DNA from: Chiloscyllium plagiosum
Taxonomy: Eukaryota
Assembly: GCF_004010195.1 (NCBI RefSeq)
Contig: NC_057720.1
Span: 3,577,255-3,641,254, forward strand
Length of the DNA: 64,000 bases
Direction: 5' to 3'
In this document: piece after piece, positions 50,961 through 62,069 of the stretch
Layout: the number at the start of each line of letters is the position of its first letter
Numbering within the stretch: position 1 is the stretch's first letter
Program-made: the position numbers and the translations under genes
The notes under the pieces: generated by a model
Seen by the model: only the letters and a program-made list of their open reading frames with translations
What the model was told of the DNA's origin: nothing
Database searches by the model: none

Positions 50961-52049
50961 TTTTTTGATAGTGCTGTCAACATTATGTGCAGTGTGAGTT
51001 TATGCATTGCTCCATCCCTTCTGTTCTCTTCATGCTACCAGCATCATTGCCATTCAACAATTCAAAAGAATAAGGGCTTACATGCTGGTATAAGAAGTCA
51101 TTCAGCACGTAATTATAATATTTGAAAGTGATTCCTAATATATTGAGAATGTTCTCCCTGTTGATAGGAAAACAAAGTGCTTAGCCTAAGCATTGAAATC
51201 ACCCAAGTCAATTTTGAATTTCTCAGTGACATTTTCCATGTAGCTTTGACAAAGCTGGATATATAGTTACTGGACACTTAATGAGCATGCATGCATATGC
51301 TGTTGTTGCTCTGTCAAACCATTGTCAAAGTCTAACTCAATCCAAAAATGCCTACCAGCTTTTAAGCTTTGCAATTTTAATACCACTTTCCCCACTCTGA
51401 ACTAAAATTTAAAATTTGGAACTGCATTCAAAACATCAAAGACAAATTCTTTCCAATGTAAAAGACAGTTACCTTCGAAATGGGCAGTACAGATGTGAAT
51501 GAATGTAATCAGATTAATCTTAGAAGATACCCTCCAAGAATGATGACAGTAAGCATTAAACAGTTTGTAGGATACTCTTGGATCGGGCAGAGTCAGTGTT
51601 TTATGAAAGGGAAATGTCTAATTTTTATACTTTGAGGAGAAAGGAAAAGAAACCTATGACAAACACACATTACTTGAGAAAGTGACAGCATCTGTGGAGA
51701 GTAAAAGAGTCAAGTCTGGTATGATGCTCCTTCAATGGGCAACTCCTTGCTCCTGAGATGATGCTGCCTGATCCTAGACTCTCCCACAGTGGGAAACCAC
51801 TTATCCACATCTACCCTGAATACGCCCTGAAATAAAAGCCAACATTCCATTATCTTTACTATTCCCTTCTAAACTTGGATGCAATTTATTTTTCGGATTC
51901 ATACAGTAGGATCCCCAAATCCCACTGTGCTTCAGGTTCCTACAGTTTTCCCCTTAAAATAATATTTAGCTCATGTATTCTTCCTGCCAAAGTGCATAAT
52001 CTTGCATTTTCCCATCTTGTGCTCCATCTGCTGAGTTTTGCAAACTGAA

Positions 52050-52240
52050 AAGGATGCAGAAAAGATTTACGTGGGTGTTACCGAGACGTGAGCGTTTTAA
52101 TTATAAGGAGAGGCTGGATAGGCTGGGACTTCTTTCTCTGGAGCATAGCAGGCTGAGGGGTAACCTTATAGAGATTTATAAAATCATGAGAGGTAGAGAT
52201 ACGATGAATCGCCATGGTCGTTTCCCCCATGTCCTAATGT
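52050..52240 (+). mobile_element. CR1 fragment
   Basis: ORF 52054..52242 QKRFT...YKERLDRLGLLSLE. Confidence 0.8.
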
Positions 52241-52429
52241 AAAAAGCAGGACATCCAATCTTGGCAACTGCATTCCACCCTCAGTCATCAGAAAATCTTT
52301 GAAAGTGTTTCATTGACATTGCTGAGGAAATAGTACTTCATAGCAATGACCTACTTATTGATGCTAAATTTGTGTAAAGCTGGAGGTGCTTGGTTGCAGA
52401 TCTTATTTCAACCTTGGTACAAAATTAAA

Positions 52430-53430
52430 AGTGTGAGTGTACACTATTAACGCCAGTGTAGCATTTGACAAAATGTGGTATCAAGGACCCCTAGCAAAAC
52501 TGAAGTCAGTTGGAGTTGAGCCGAAACTCTTTCAATGGCTCAAGTCATACCTAGGACGAAGGAAAATGGTTTTTGTTGTTGGAAGATAATCAGCCTGATC
52601 CCTGGACATCACCCTGAGAGTTCCTTGATAATGTCTTGGGTCCAATTGTCTTCAGCAACTTCATTAGGGACCTTCCTTTATCACAAATTAGAAGTATGAA
52701 TGATTGCATAGTGCTCTGTACCATTCGTGACTTAGAGTCACTTCTCAGCTAATGAAAAAGTCTGTGCCCACATGCAAATATTGGGCAATACTTAGGCTTC
52801 ATCCTGCAAAGTGACAAGTAACGTTCATACATCACTAGGCAATGATCGTCTTCAGCATAAACATAAACATAAACATCTCCTTTATGTTCAATGGTGTCAC
52901 CATCACAGATTAACCGTTCCATCAGTACCTTGGGGGTTGCTATTGACCCCAGAAACTTGATGACCTGCAAAGCAGAAATTGTTTGTGTGATGGAATGCAT
53001 TCCACTTAACTGGATAAGAGCAGCTCTAGCAGCATTTGAAGCTCAACATCAATCAGGACAGAGTGCTTTCAGTGGCAGTTCCTGCAGCACAAGTGCAAGT
53101 TGGCAGCAGTGTGTATTGTCTACTGCAGCAATTTGCCAACCTTTTTCAAATCTTCCAAATCTGTAATCCCTTTCACCTGGAAGGACAGAGACTGCAGATG
53201 CAAGGGAACCTGCAAGTTTCTCTCCATTCTCATTTGGAGCTAGATCACAGTTCATTGTTCAAAAATCTGGAACTCTTTTTCTGACAGTACTATGCATGTA
53301 TTTATATAGGATGACCTGCTGGGGTTCAAAAATGTGGTCTACCCGTTACCTCCTTCAGGGTAATTCGTGATGGGCAACAAATGCTGGTTGACCTGTGATA
53401 TTTGCATCATGTGAATACATTTTTAAAAAT
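52430..53430 (+). mobile_element. Decayed copy of the second LINE family
   Basis: gcatttgacaaaatgtggtatcaagg (AFD.VW..G), gtgatggaatgcattccactt, tail gggtaattcgtgatgggcaacaaatgctgg. Confidence 0.65.
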
Positions 53431-54394
53431 TTTGAGAAACTATTTAAATTTCTGAGCTTCTGGCATGTACACCACATCCACACATAACTAAGTGAAATAT
53501 TCAAAGAATGTGTCTACTGGATGACATGAGCTTGACCTTCTGGAAGCGAGGAACAATTTTGTGGATTGCTGAGTTACTGCTAGCCAATTCTGATGAAATT
53601 CGAGTCAGAATATGATTTGTTAATTCTGTAGAAAATGTTCTGAAAATTATTTTAAAATGTTGCATTGTAATCTGAGAATGACTAACCTAATGATCCAGGT
53701 CGCCATGACCTTTTAATGACAATTGACAAGCTTAGCTCTAGAGGGATGCTTGGTTGTATAGGATCCAATTAGTATAGAACTATTCAATGACCTCTAAATT
53801 TATATGCTTTCCCATTTGCTTCATTCTTGAATTTCTTGGAGGACTTTGCCAAATTCCATCTTAACAAACTGTTAATTTATTGCTTGATCCTCCCGGGAGG
53901 GGATATGGAGAGAGTCTGGTAAAGGCATGGCCGACTTATTTCCAGGTGCAGAATCGATGGAGCTTCGAGGTTATGTGGTTGTGAATTCCTTTTGTGTGAC
54001 CTAGATGAAAAGCATGAATAGTAATTCTGATTGCAGAAACAAGGGCACAAGCAGAGGCCACATTTCACAGGAAAATTCGACTGTCATTCTGCCCGCTGTA
54101 GCTTAGCAGCTGGGTTGACATCTATATCAGTGTTAAGCAACACTCCATTCAAGCATTTTAAGCTATAATTGAAGAAAACAATGCCAAAGTGATTCATGTA
54201 AATTAAGTTAAAGTTGGGTGAAACAACTATTTTCTTGGCTTGGAAAAACTGTCGTCTTATATTAGTGTAACATTTTTGCTATTTCACACAGGGTGAAAGG
54301 AAATTTGGAGTACTTTAAGATGCCTTTATAATTTCTGGAAACTACTTTCTGGAAATATTGCTTCTTATTCTACCCTTTTTTTGTGATTCCTGTA

Positions 54395-54750
54395 GAATTT
54401 AGAGAGGTTGCCTCATTGAAAGTTGGAAAATTCTTAAAAGCTGTCTGCAAAAAGGATAACCCTCTCGGAACTACAGGTGCCACAGTCTCCGTATAAGGGG
54501 CAAGCCATTTTGGACTGAGATGAGGAATAATTTCTTTACTTGGAGGATGGCGAATCTTTTGTGTTCTCTACTCCAGAGGGCTGTAGAAGTTCAGTCATAG
54601 AATATATTCAAGATAGAAACTGATTAGATTTCCAGATACTTATGCCATAAAGATGTACAAGCTAGGGTGGGAAAATGATATTAACCTTGATCATTAGCCA
54701 TCACCTCGAATGTGGGTGCTGATTTGAGGGGCTGGAATGTCCTACTCCAA
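54395..54750 (+). mobile_element. Old CR1 3' end
   Basis: ggactgagatgaggaataatttctttact...ccagagggctgtagaag. Confidence 0.65.
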
Positions 54751-55115
54751 CTCCGGTGTTATTATGCTGCACTTCAATTGGAAAACATGGAGTTGCAGTT
54801 ACAACTAATGAAAATATTTATTACACTGGAAATGTGTGGTATTTATAGGTGAATGGAAATGAATATTGACCATAATTTTATAATCTTTCCACAATTTTAT
54901 TAATAACTCCCCATTTTCTGAACTTACTCTGCTTAACTTCCTATTCTTGCCAGCATTCTTCAAAAAGCTCAAAATAACAATGATTGGAGCTTGACGAATG
55001 TAATTTTTGAAAACCTGAGATTGCTTTACTGTTCTGGCAGAAGTACTTATAATGTCATGTGTACTACTTTAAAATCTAAAGCAGCTGTGGTTTACTATTC
55101 TTTGACTCTTTCTAG

Positions 55116-55242
55116 GTTGTGGGCCTTTACCGTCTTTGTGGCTCTGCAGCGGTTAAGAAAGAACTTCGTGAAGCTTTTGAACGTGATAGTAAGGCTGTTG
55201 GCTTATCTGAAAATCTGTATCCAGATATCAATGTCATTACAG
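55116..55242 (+). CDS. SYDE2: Next SYDE2 coding exon (RhoGAP domain, arginine finger)
   Basis: Acceptor ttctttgactctttctag|GTT and donor ACAG|gtaaat. Encodes [42 protein letters not shown](G), joining ...KRGCQ in phase 0. The catalytic Arg of the GLYR motif is codon 55131-55133. Confidence 0.96.
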
Positions 55243-55877
55243 GTAAATGTAATGCAGATTCACTGCTTTTGTGTTTGAATAATATTAGTGTACGCTTTCT
55301 AGTGGTTTGTTGCAAAAATAAGGGGCTTCTGAAATGCCCAGTCCATGGTTTGTTACCATAAGCTTAGCGTTATTATGATTACATTTCTGTAATATAGAAT
55401 TAATTGTATTTAACACAACACAATTGATACATTCTGTTGATTGTTAAACATCTGAATTATATATATCATGTCAGAACAGTTTCTTGACTTTTCTTTAGCA
55501 TTCCAATAACAATATACGTTGTGAGTGGAAAAGTCTACAGTCCAAGTATTGTAGATGGCTGTTTATATCAAAATCTCCTCAATGCAACAATACTAAAGAA
55601 AGCAGTACATAAAAGCATAAATAAGACTTACAAAGAACAAAAATCTTTGTGCTATTTCAACTATGTGTGAAAAGAATATTAGCATTGGGCTTTCTTGAGC
55701 TGATACTAATGCTCTCTGAAAACTTCAAATTAAGCTAGTTTGCTTTTGTGATTTCCACAATACTTGAGTGTTAGCTCATCACTCATCAATTACCACTCGA
55801 TTCCCAGTGACAGCCCAATGAACTCAGACCTTTATAACAGGTAATTGGTGATCCCATCATCACTGCAAGGTTGGTAA

Positions 55878-56066
55878 TCACCGTATTTCACTAGTTATAA
55901 AGTTTAGCGATCTTACCAGGCGCAATCACATCTGAAGACGCAAATCTGTAATCCTATTATTATGCAGTTTAATAAACATTCCTTGCAAATGAACTTCATC
56001 AATGCCATTATTTCTTTTATTTTAACAATCAAATGTCCAATCATGTATGTTAATCATTGAACTGCA
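55878..56066 (+). repeat. 189-bp direct repeat, copy 1
   Basis: 188/189 identical to 56752-56940. Confidence 0.95.
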
Positions 56067-56751
56067 AAAAAACATTTTGTATGATCACTTTCAAGGTGAA
56101 CTGTACTTCATGGTCAGCAGCAGAAGGGTATAATCCAAAATAAAAACAAATTTCATTCATGATCTCTCTTGCAATTTTATAAGCTTTATATTCAGTATCC
56201 ATTCTAACCATCTCAACGTGGCTACGATCATATTAACTTCTCTCACTGAAAGAAAACATTGGCTGTTCTGCCTGGATTGTTCTTGGTTCTGCAACCCATC
56301 CCAAGTATTGGCATCTTCAAACTGTAGAAGTCTTAATTTAAAGTATGATGGTTTCCTGGTAATGATGGAGTTGCCTGCAGCATTTTATTAGTAATAAACT
56401 TCTCATGGTGACCTTAAATCTGTTGTTTTTGAGCAGTAACTTTTTTATTAGTTACCTTTGCTGTGCCAATAGTAAGATTACTGCAGCAGAAGATGAAATG
56501 AGAAGCGCTGCCTTTTGATTAATACCATTTTTGGAGTGACTTTAAGTCCTCATGAGCCTTCTATTTCTGTGCAGATATGTATTAGTGTTCTCACGTGACT
56601 ATCCTCTCCATTGTTCCATTTTGAGTCATACAGTTAGAAAAGAGCCTGGGGGCAGAACCCCCTTTGTATTCAGGAAGTTTTGTTTTAAGTTCAGTTAGAA
56701 ATGCACTTAGCCATGCAGTTACTTCGCAACTGTCAACAAAGAACTTCCCTT

Positions 56752-56940
56752 TCACCGTATTTCACTAGTTATAAAGTTTAGCGATCTTACCAGGCGCAAT
56801 CACATCTGAAAACGCAAATCTGTAATCCTATTATTATGCAGTTTAATAAACATTCCTTGCAAATGAACTTCATCAATGCCATTATTTCTTTTATTTTAAC
56901 AATCAAATGTCCAATCATGTATGTTAATCATTGAACTGCA
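56752..56940 (+). repeat. 189-bp direct repeat, copy 2
   Basis: 188/189 identical to 55878-56066 (gaagacg versus gaaaacg). Confidence 0.95.
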
Positions 56941-58088
56941 GGTGAGGTGCTGGGTATAGCTATCACTTAAGACTTCAGTTCAGCAGTTCTTCTGTCAGTT
57001 TAAGATAAATCTATCTTGGTTAGAGTTCTAGCTGCCCTTGTGAAGAACTCCTAAACATTGACACTATTCAAGGGTTGATATGTTTGGAGCTTTCACGTAA
57101 TGTCTGCTGCAATGCATTTTAAAAAGTTCGTTTCTCTTTAACAGCAATTTTGGAAATTCCCGAAAAGAGATAAAAGTGACAAAAGTTATCTCCAACACAA
57201 CAAGGCTTGTATTTTTGTGTTGCCTTTAGCAAATAATTTAATGTCATTCGGTGTTAAAATAAAACACTAGGGATGTAAAGCTTTTGTCACAGACCCACAG
57301 AGAACTTCCACACTGTATGATGCTTTGTTCTAAGGCAGAGAGCGCATATACTCTTAAAGGTCTGCGAAAGGTTAGTTAACATGCAAATTCAGGGAGATAC
57401 AAAGTTGCAAAGAAAAAGGCATAGGCTAATTTAAATGAAAGATACATGAAATATCTTTCCACCTACTAAGATGACCAAACCAGTTTTTGGCAAAATTAAG
57501 ATCCCACAATGACTTGTCCACTTGCCTTTCTCTTAGAGATATATGCCAGACATAGGAGCTTGTTCAACTTATTTTAATTACACCTGCTGGAAATAACATA
57601 CACCAGAGCAAACCAGCTTTCTATGAAGGTATGGTATTTCCTAGCATCTAGGTATGCTTCTTCGAGGTGTTTCACTGTGACCTCATGCCATTTTCAGTCC
57701 ATTGCTAGTGTATACCTTCTAAATGATGGACATTAAGGAATTGGAAGGTGAATTATTTGCCACACTGTCCTCAGACACAGCTTAGAGAACCTATTATTTA
57801 CATGGCTGTCTATGTACATTTCTGGTCAACAAAATGTCCCCAGCATGTTGCTGGTGAGGGATTCTATGATGGCATGGCATTGAATGTCATGGGGGAGATG
57901 GTTACTTTCTTTTGTGAAGATCGCCATTGCCTGACATTTTTCTGGTGTGAATGTTATTTATTTGCCACCTCCCAGTCAAAGCTGGAATGTTTTCCAAATC
58001 TTGCTGCTTGTTGGAATGGCCTACTTCAGTATCTGAAGAGTTATGAATGATATTGAACGTTGGGGAATGTGGGGAAAATGTGAGGTTG

Positions 58089-58175
58089 AAAATGTGTTGC
58101 TGGAACAGCGCAGCAGGTCAGGCAGCATCCAGGGAACAGGAGAATCAACGTTTCGGGCATAAGCCCTTCTTCAGG
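58089..58175 (-). mobile_element. 87-bp Penelope-like 3'-end insertion with 12-bp TSD
   Basis: TSD aatgtgaggttg at 58077-58088 and 58176-58187. Confidence 0.86.
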
Positions 58176-58178
58176 AAT
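58143..58178 (-). ncRNA. Minimal hammerhead ribozyme motif with intact core
   Basis: Minus strand: attc-CTGAAGA-a-GGGC-ttat-GCCC-GAAA-c-GTT-gatt. Confidence 0.72.
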
Positions 58179-58369
58179 GTGAGGTTGTCCAGTATGGACA
58201 GGAAGAATAGGAAATTAAACTGTTATGTAAGTGGTGAGAAATTGCAGAGGAATCTGGGTTCATGAATTGCACAAAGTGAGCATTCAGGTTTCGGGAGTAA
58301 TTAAAAAGGCAAACAAAAGTTTTTATTGCAGGCAGTCTTTGCTACACTGTACCGGTGGGGCAAAATTGT

Positions 58370-58680
58370 GACTCCACTCCTTAGCTCATCTGCTGCTGCC
58401 GTAACTTTCATCCATGTCGTTGATACCTCTTGATTTGACTATTTCAACCCCTCCTGCTCTCAAAAATTCTGCTCTCGAAATTTGAAGTAACACAAAATTT
58501 ATCTACCCACCTCCATGCATCAGATCCATTCACCACCTCACTCTTGCTCACTGACCTACATTTAGCTCCCAGTGTCTTGGTTTAAAACATGAATTTGTTT
58601 TCAAATCCTTCCCTACACCAGCCCTTTCCTAACTTGGTAATATTGCCCTATACGAACAACTCTCAAACATCTGCACTATA
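58370..58680 (+). mobile_element. Old L2-type LINE fragment
   Basis: ttcatccatgtcgttgatacctcttgatttgactatttcaac resembles the L2 ORF2 motif LIHAFVTSRLDY.N. Confidence 0.55.
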
Positions 58681-58687
58681 ATTTTGA

Positions 58688-58877
58688 AGTCAAAAATCAC
58701 ACAACACCAGGTTATAGTCCAACAAGTTTATTTGAAAACATTAGCTTTCAAAGCATTGTGCCTTCATCACATGCTAGTGAGTTCTGAAAGCTAGTGTTTT
58801 TAAATAAACCCATCGGACTATAACCTGGTGACATGTGATTTTTGACCTTGTCCAACATGGAGACCTCCACATCATGG
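58688..58877. mobile_element. Palindromic Penelope-like insertion (family of 19480-19765)
   Basis: Arms aaaaatcaca...ccaggttatagtcc and ggactataacctgg...tgtgattttt; TSD taattttga at 58679-58687 and 58881-58889. Confidence 0.8.
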
Positions 58878-59511
58878 CTCTAATTTTGATTCTTTGGAGC
58901 AACCTGGTTTTAATGGCTGCACCATTGGTGTCTTTGCTTCAGCTGCATAGTTCCATAGTCATGATCTCAGCTGATGTAATGTTGGAATCCAGAATTAAAT
59001 CATGGTGGTCGGTCACCGAAACAGAAGCACACAAGGCTACAGATTTGATTTTAACAGTGAAACAAGTTTATGACAGAAAAATAAAAATAAAATAAACCAA
59101 ACCAACTTATCTGCAGATAACAGATTTAAGGATATAAAAACACAGCAAAAAAAATCCAATTTACTCTCCAACGTCATTTTTTTATTGCCTTCGGGTTTTT
59201 GATTAACTGTACTTTACTTTCCCAGTTGAACCTGTAGGTTTGACTCAACTATTTCTCAGTTTCTGTCTTAAGGGCTGTGAAACCTATTCCTCAAATGTAC
59301 ATATAATTAAGAGCTTAGACTTTCTCGGTCTTTTAATAATCTGCAGAGTTCTTATCAAGCACTTGTAGTCTGGAAGTTTCATGGACCACACTGTTTCACT
59401 GAAATAATGTATTTTCTTAACTGCTCCTTTTATGGGAGAGACTATACTTGCATCTGGCTTCTGTCAGGTCCTCTTTGAACTGCCCAAATTCCCTCACCTT
59501 GAATCTTGGCT

Positions 59512-59734
59512 AAAGTGAGGACTGCAGATGCTAGAGATTAGAATAGAGAGTGTGGTGCTGGAAAAGCACAGCAGGTCAGGCAGCATCCAAGGAGCAGGAG
59601 AATCAACGTTTCGGGCAAGAGCCCTTAATCAGGAATGCATATTCCTGTTGAAGGGTGCCTGAAACATCGATTGTCCTGCTGTTCGGATGCTGCCTGACCT
59701 GCTATGCTTTTCCAGCGTCACATTCTCTATTCTG
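59512..59734. mobile_element. 223-bp palindromic Penelope-like insertion
   Basis: About 95-bp inverted arms at 59539-59638 and 59641-59733; possible TSD tc(t/a)tggct at 59504-59511 and 59735-59742. Confidence 0.85.
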
Positions 59735-61167
59735 TCATGGCTGTCTACCCCCACCCCACTAGACCTTTCTGTAGTTTGGTATTACATATTCATTTTAACA
59801 CTCCTGTGAGAAGTGGCAAACTGGAGAGTAACCAGCATGATACCACCCAAGAAATCCAGCTCCTGAAAGTTCCTTAGATTTAAAAATAAATTTAACTTCT
59901 GCCTGCCATGAATCTGGCAGCTGTGCAGTAAACTGTTCAAGTTTGGCATTTTCAACATTTTTGTTTCTTGCCCTCAGCCTGTTGTTACAAGTTTCTCAAG
60001 GAGTTATGTGTGTTGATATTCAGAACACCCTCCCCTTCCTTTTGAAAATGACAGAAATAATGTCACCTTCTGGAACTCTAATTTAAATTCACACCTGCAA
60101 CTGCTCCCAACTCCGGTGACAATTGAAAAACTGGCCTCTTCTTTCTGGTGGGCATGTTTCCTGGGGGAGGGATCAAATGTTGTTTCCTTTCAGCCAAGAT
60201 TAGTGGCAAAACCTACTTCAAAGAGCTGATGCTGATGGCAGCAATATCTTTGCAGTCTCGGTGGGCAGACTTTTTATGTATGCTTGAAGAGTGCTTTCAT
60301 TATTCTGTTACCGTGTAGGGAGAAGTAGGAATGTCACAAAATTCTCTCCCCACCTGTCTCTGTGGCATTTAAATCTTGGACAAAACTTAAGAAAGATTTC
60401 TTGGTTCAGAGATGTGTCAATGCTATGCTTCACTTTATGAGTAATCACAATAAATGAGTTTCAAGTGTCACCTGAGACCTCTGAAAAAGACACATTGACT
60501 TATTTGTTGGATTTCATTGTGGAACAGCTGTTTTGGAAAGTAAATGGCTGACTGTAATCCCCCAAGAAATTTATTTTCTCATGCAGCAGATTGTATCTGT
60601 ATTTCTTATTTTTTGATCCCTTTAGATTTCCTTCCATAAATGCTTGTACGCTAATCATACAGGGCCATTATGCATGGAAGAAGCTTTGATCACAAAGCGA
60701 AAGATCTTGAATAATGTTTTGTGTGATTGATCTTGTGTGATTGATCATGAGTAAAGAATAAATTAATAAATGAGGAAGCTAATCATTTCTGCATTGTTCA
60801 ACTATAGAAGATGAGTAATGTTGTGGCTGCGATTTTCACTTTAAAAAGCATAACTTAAGTTTCCATGCATGTCTCAATAACAGTCTGTTATATTTCCACC
60901 TCAGCTGTAAGGTCAGTTTAAAGTATAAACTTTCAAATAGCAAAATTGAGATTTTGCAAGAAGTTTTTCTAAATTTTTCATAATTTGTTTCATTTACGTG
61001 ATCTGTTGGTAATTTTCCACATCGAGGAGTGAAATTGTAGTGGAATTGGAATGTTGAATAATTTGCCAAAATAAACTTAATGAAGAATGAACAAAGTGTG
61101 TAACCATATTTGGGATGCAAAGCACAACAGTCACTTAAGTACTTTTTGAGGCGTTGTGACAGTTATA

Positions 61168-61657
61168 GATTCATAGCGATGTACAGCATGGAAACAGATC
61201 CTTCGGTCCAACTCATCCATGCCGACCAGATATCCTAACCTAACCTAGCTCCGTTTGGCCCATTATCCTCTAAACCTGCCTGTTCATAAACCCATCCAGG
61301 TGCCTTTTAAATGTTGTAATTGTACCAGTCTCCACCATTTCCTCTGGCAGCTCATTCCATACATACACCACTCTCTGTGTGGAAAAAGTTGCCCCTTAGG
61401 TCCCTTTTCCCCTCTCACCCTAAACCCATGCCCTCGAGATCTCGACTCTTCCACCCCAGGGAAAAGACCTTGTCTATTTCCCCTATCCATGCTCCTAATG
61501 ATTTTAGAAGTCTCTATAAGGTCACCCCTCAGCCTCTGGCGCTCCAGGGAAAACATCCTCAGCCTATTCAGCCTCTCCCTATAGCTCAAATCCTCCAACC
61601 CTGGCAACATCCTTGTAAATCTTTTCTGAACCCTTTCAAGTTTCACAACATCCTTTC
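61168..61657 (-). mobile_element. CR1 3' end with TSD
   Basis: ORF 61284..61646; TSD gacagtt(a/c)ta at 61158-61167 and 61658-61667. Confidence 0.9.
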
Positions 61658-61758
61658 GACAGTTCTAATGTAGGAAATGTGACAGACTGCAGTGAATACT
61701 GAAAGCACTCAAACATATGAATGAGATAAGTGATCAGATAATCCATTTTAGCAATTTT

Positions 61759-62069
61759 TAGATTAGATTACATTACAGCATGGAAACAGACCTTTCGGCC
61801 CAACAAGTCCACACCGACCCGCCGAAGCGCAACCCACCCATGCACCTACATTTACCCCTTACCTAACACTACGGGCAATTTAGCATGGCCAATTCACCTG
61901 ACCTGCACATCTTTGGACTGTGGGAGGAAACCGGAGTACCCGGAGGAAATCCACGCAGTCACGGGGAGAACGTGCAAACTCCACACAGTCAGTCGCCTGA
62001 GGCGGGAATTGAACCCGGGTCTCAGGCACTGTGAGGCAGCAGTGCTAACACTGTGCCACTGTGCCGCCC
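61759..62069 (-). mobile_element. HE1-type V-SINE, full length and young
   Basis: Minus-strand head gggcggcacagtggcacagtgttagc, B box ggttcaattcc (62005-62015), V-domain, (aatct)n tail. Confidence 0.9.

Larger units (their letters stand above)
29749..55115 (+). other. SYDE2: SYDE2 intron (GT-AG, phase 0, 25,367 nt)
   Basis: gtaagt...ctag boundaries; the two exons translate contiguously across it. Confidence 0.9.

Noticed and set aside
55119..55361. 80-aa ORF as a complete CDS
   Set aside because: Only 55116-55242 is exonic; the rest reads into the intron after AG|gtaaat.
55878..56940. LTR pair of a small retroelement (TRIM)
   Set aside because: No 5' TG, no primer-binding site or polypurine tract, and no flanking TSD; kept as an unexplained duplication.
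1164..61673. Numerous 60-260 aa ORFs as host genes
   Set aside because: They are CR1/PLE fragments, antisense shadows of these, or chance ORFs with no recognisable domain or splice support.
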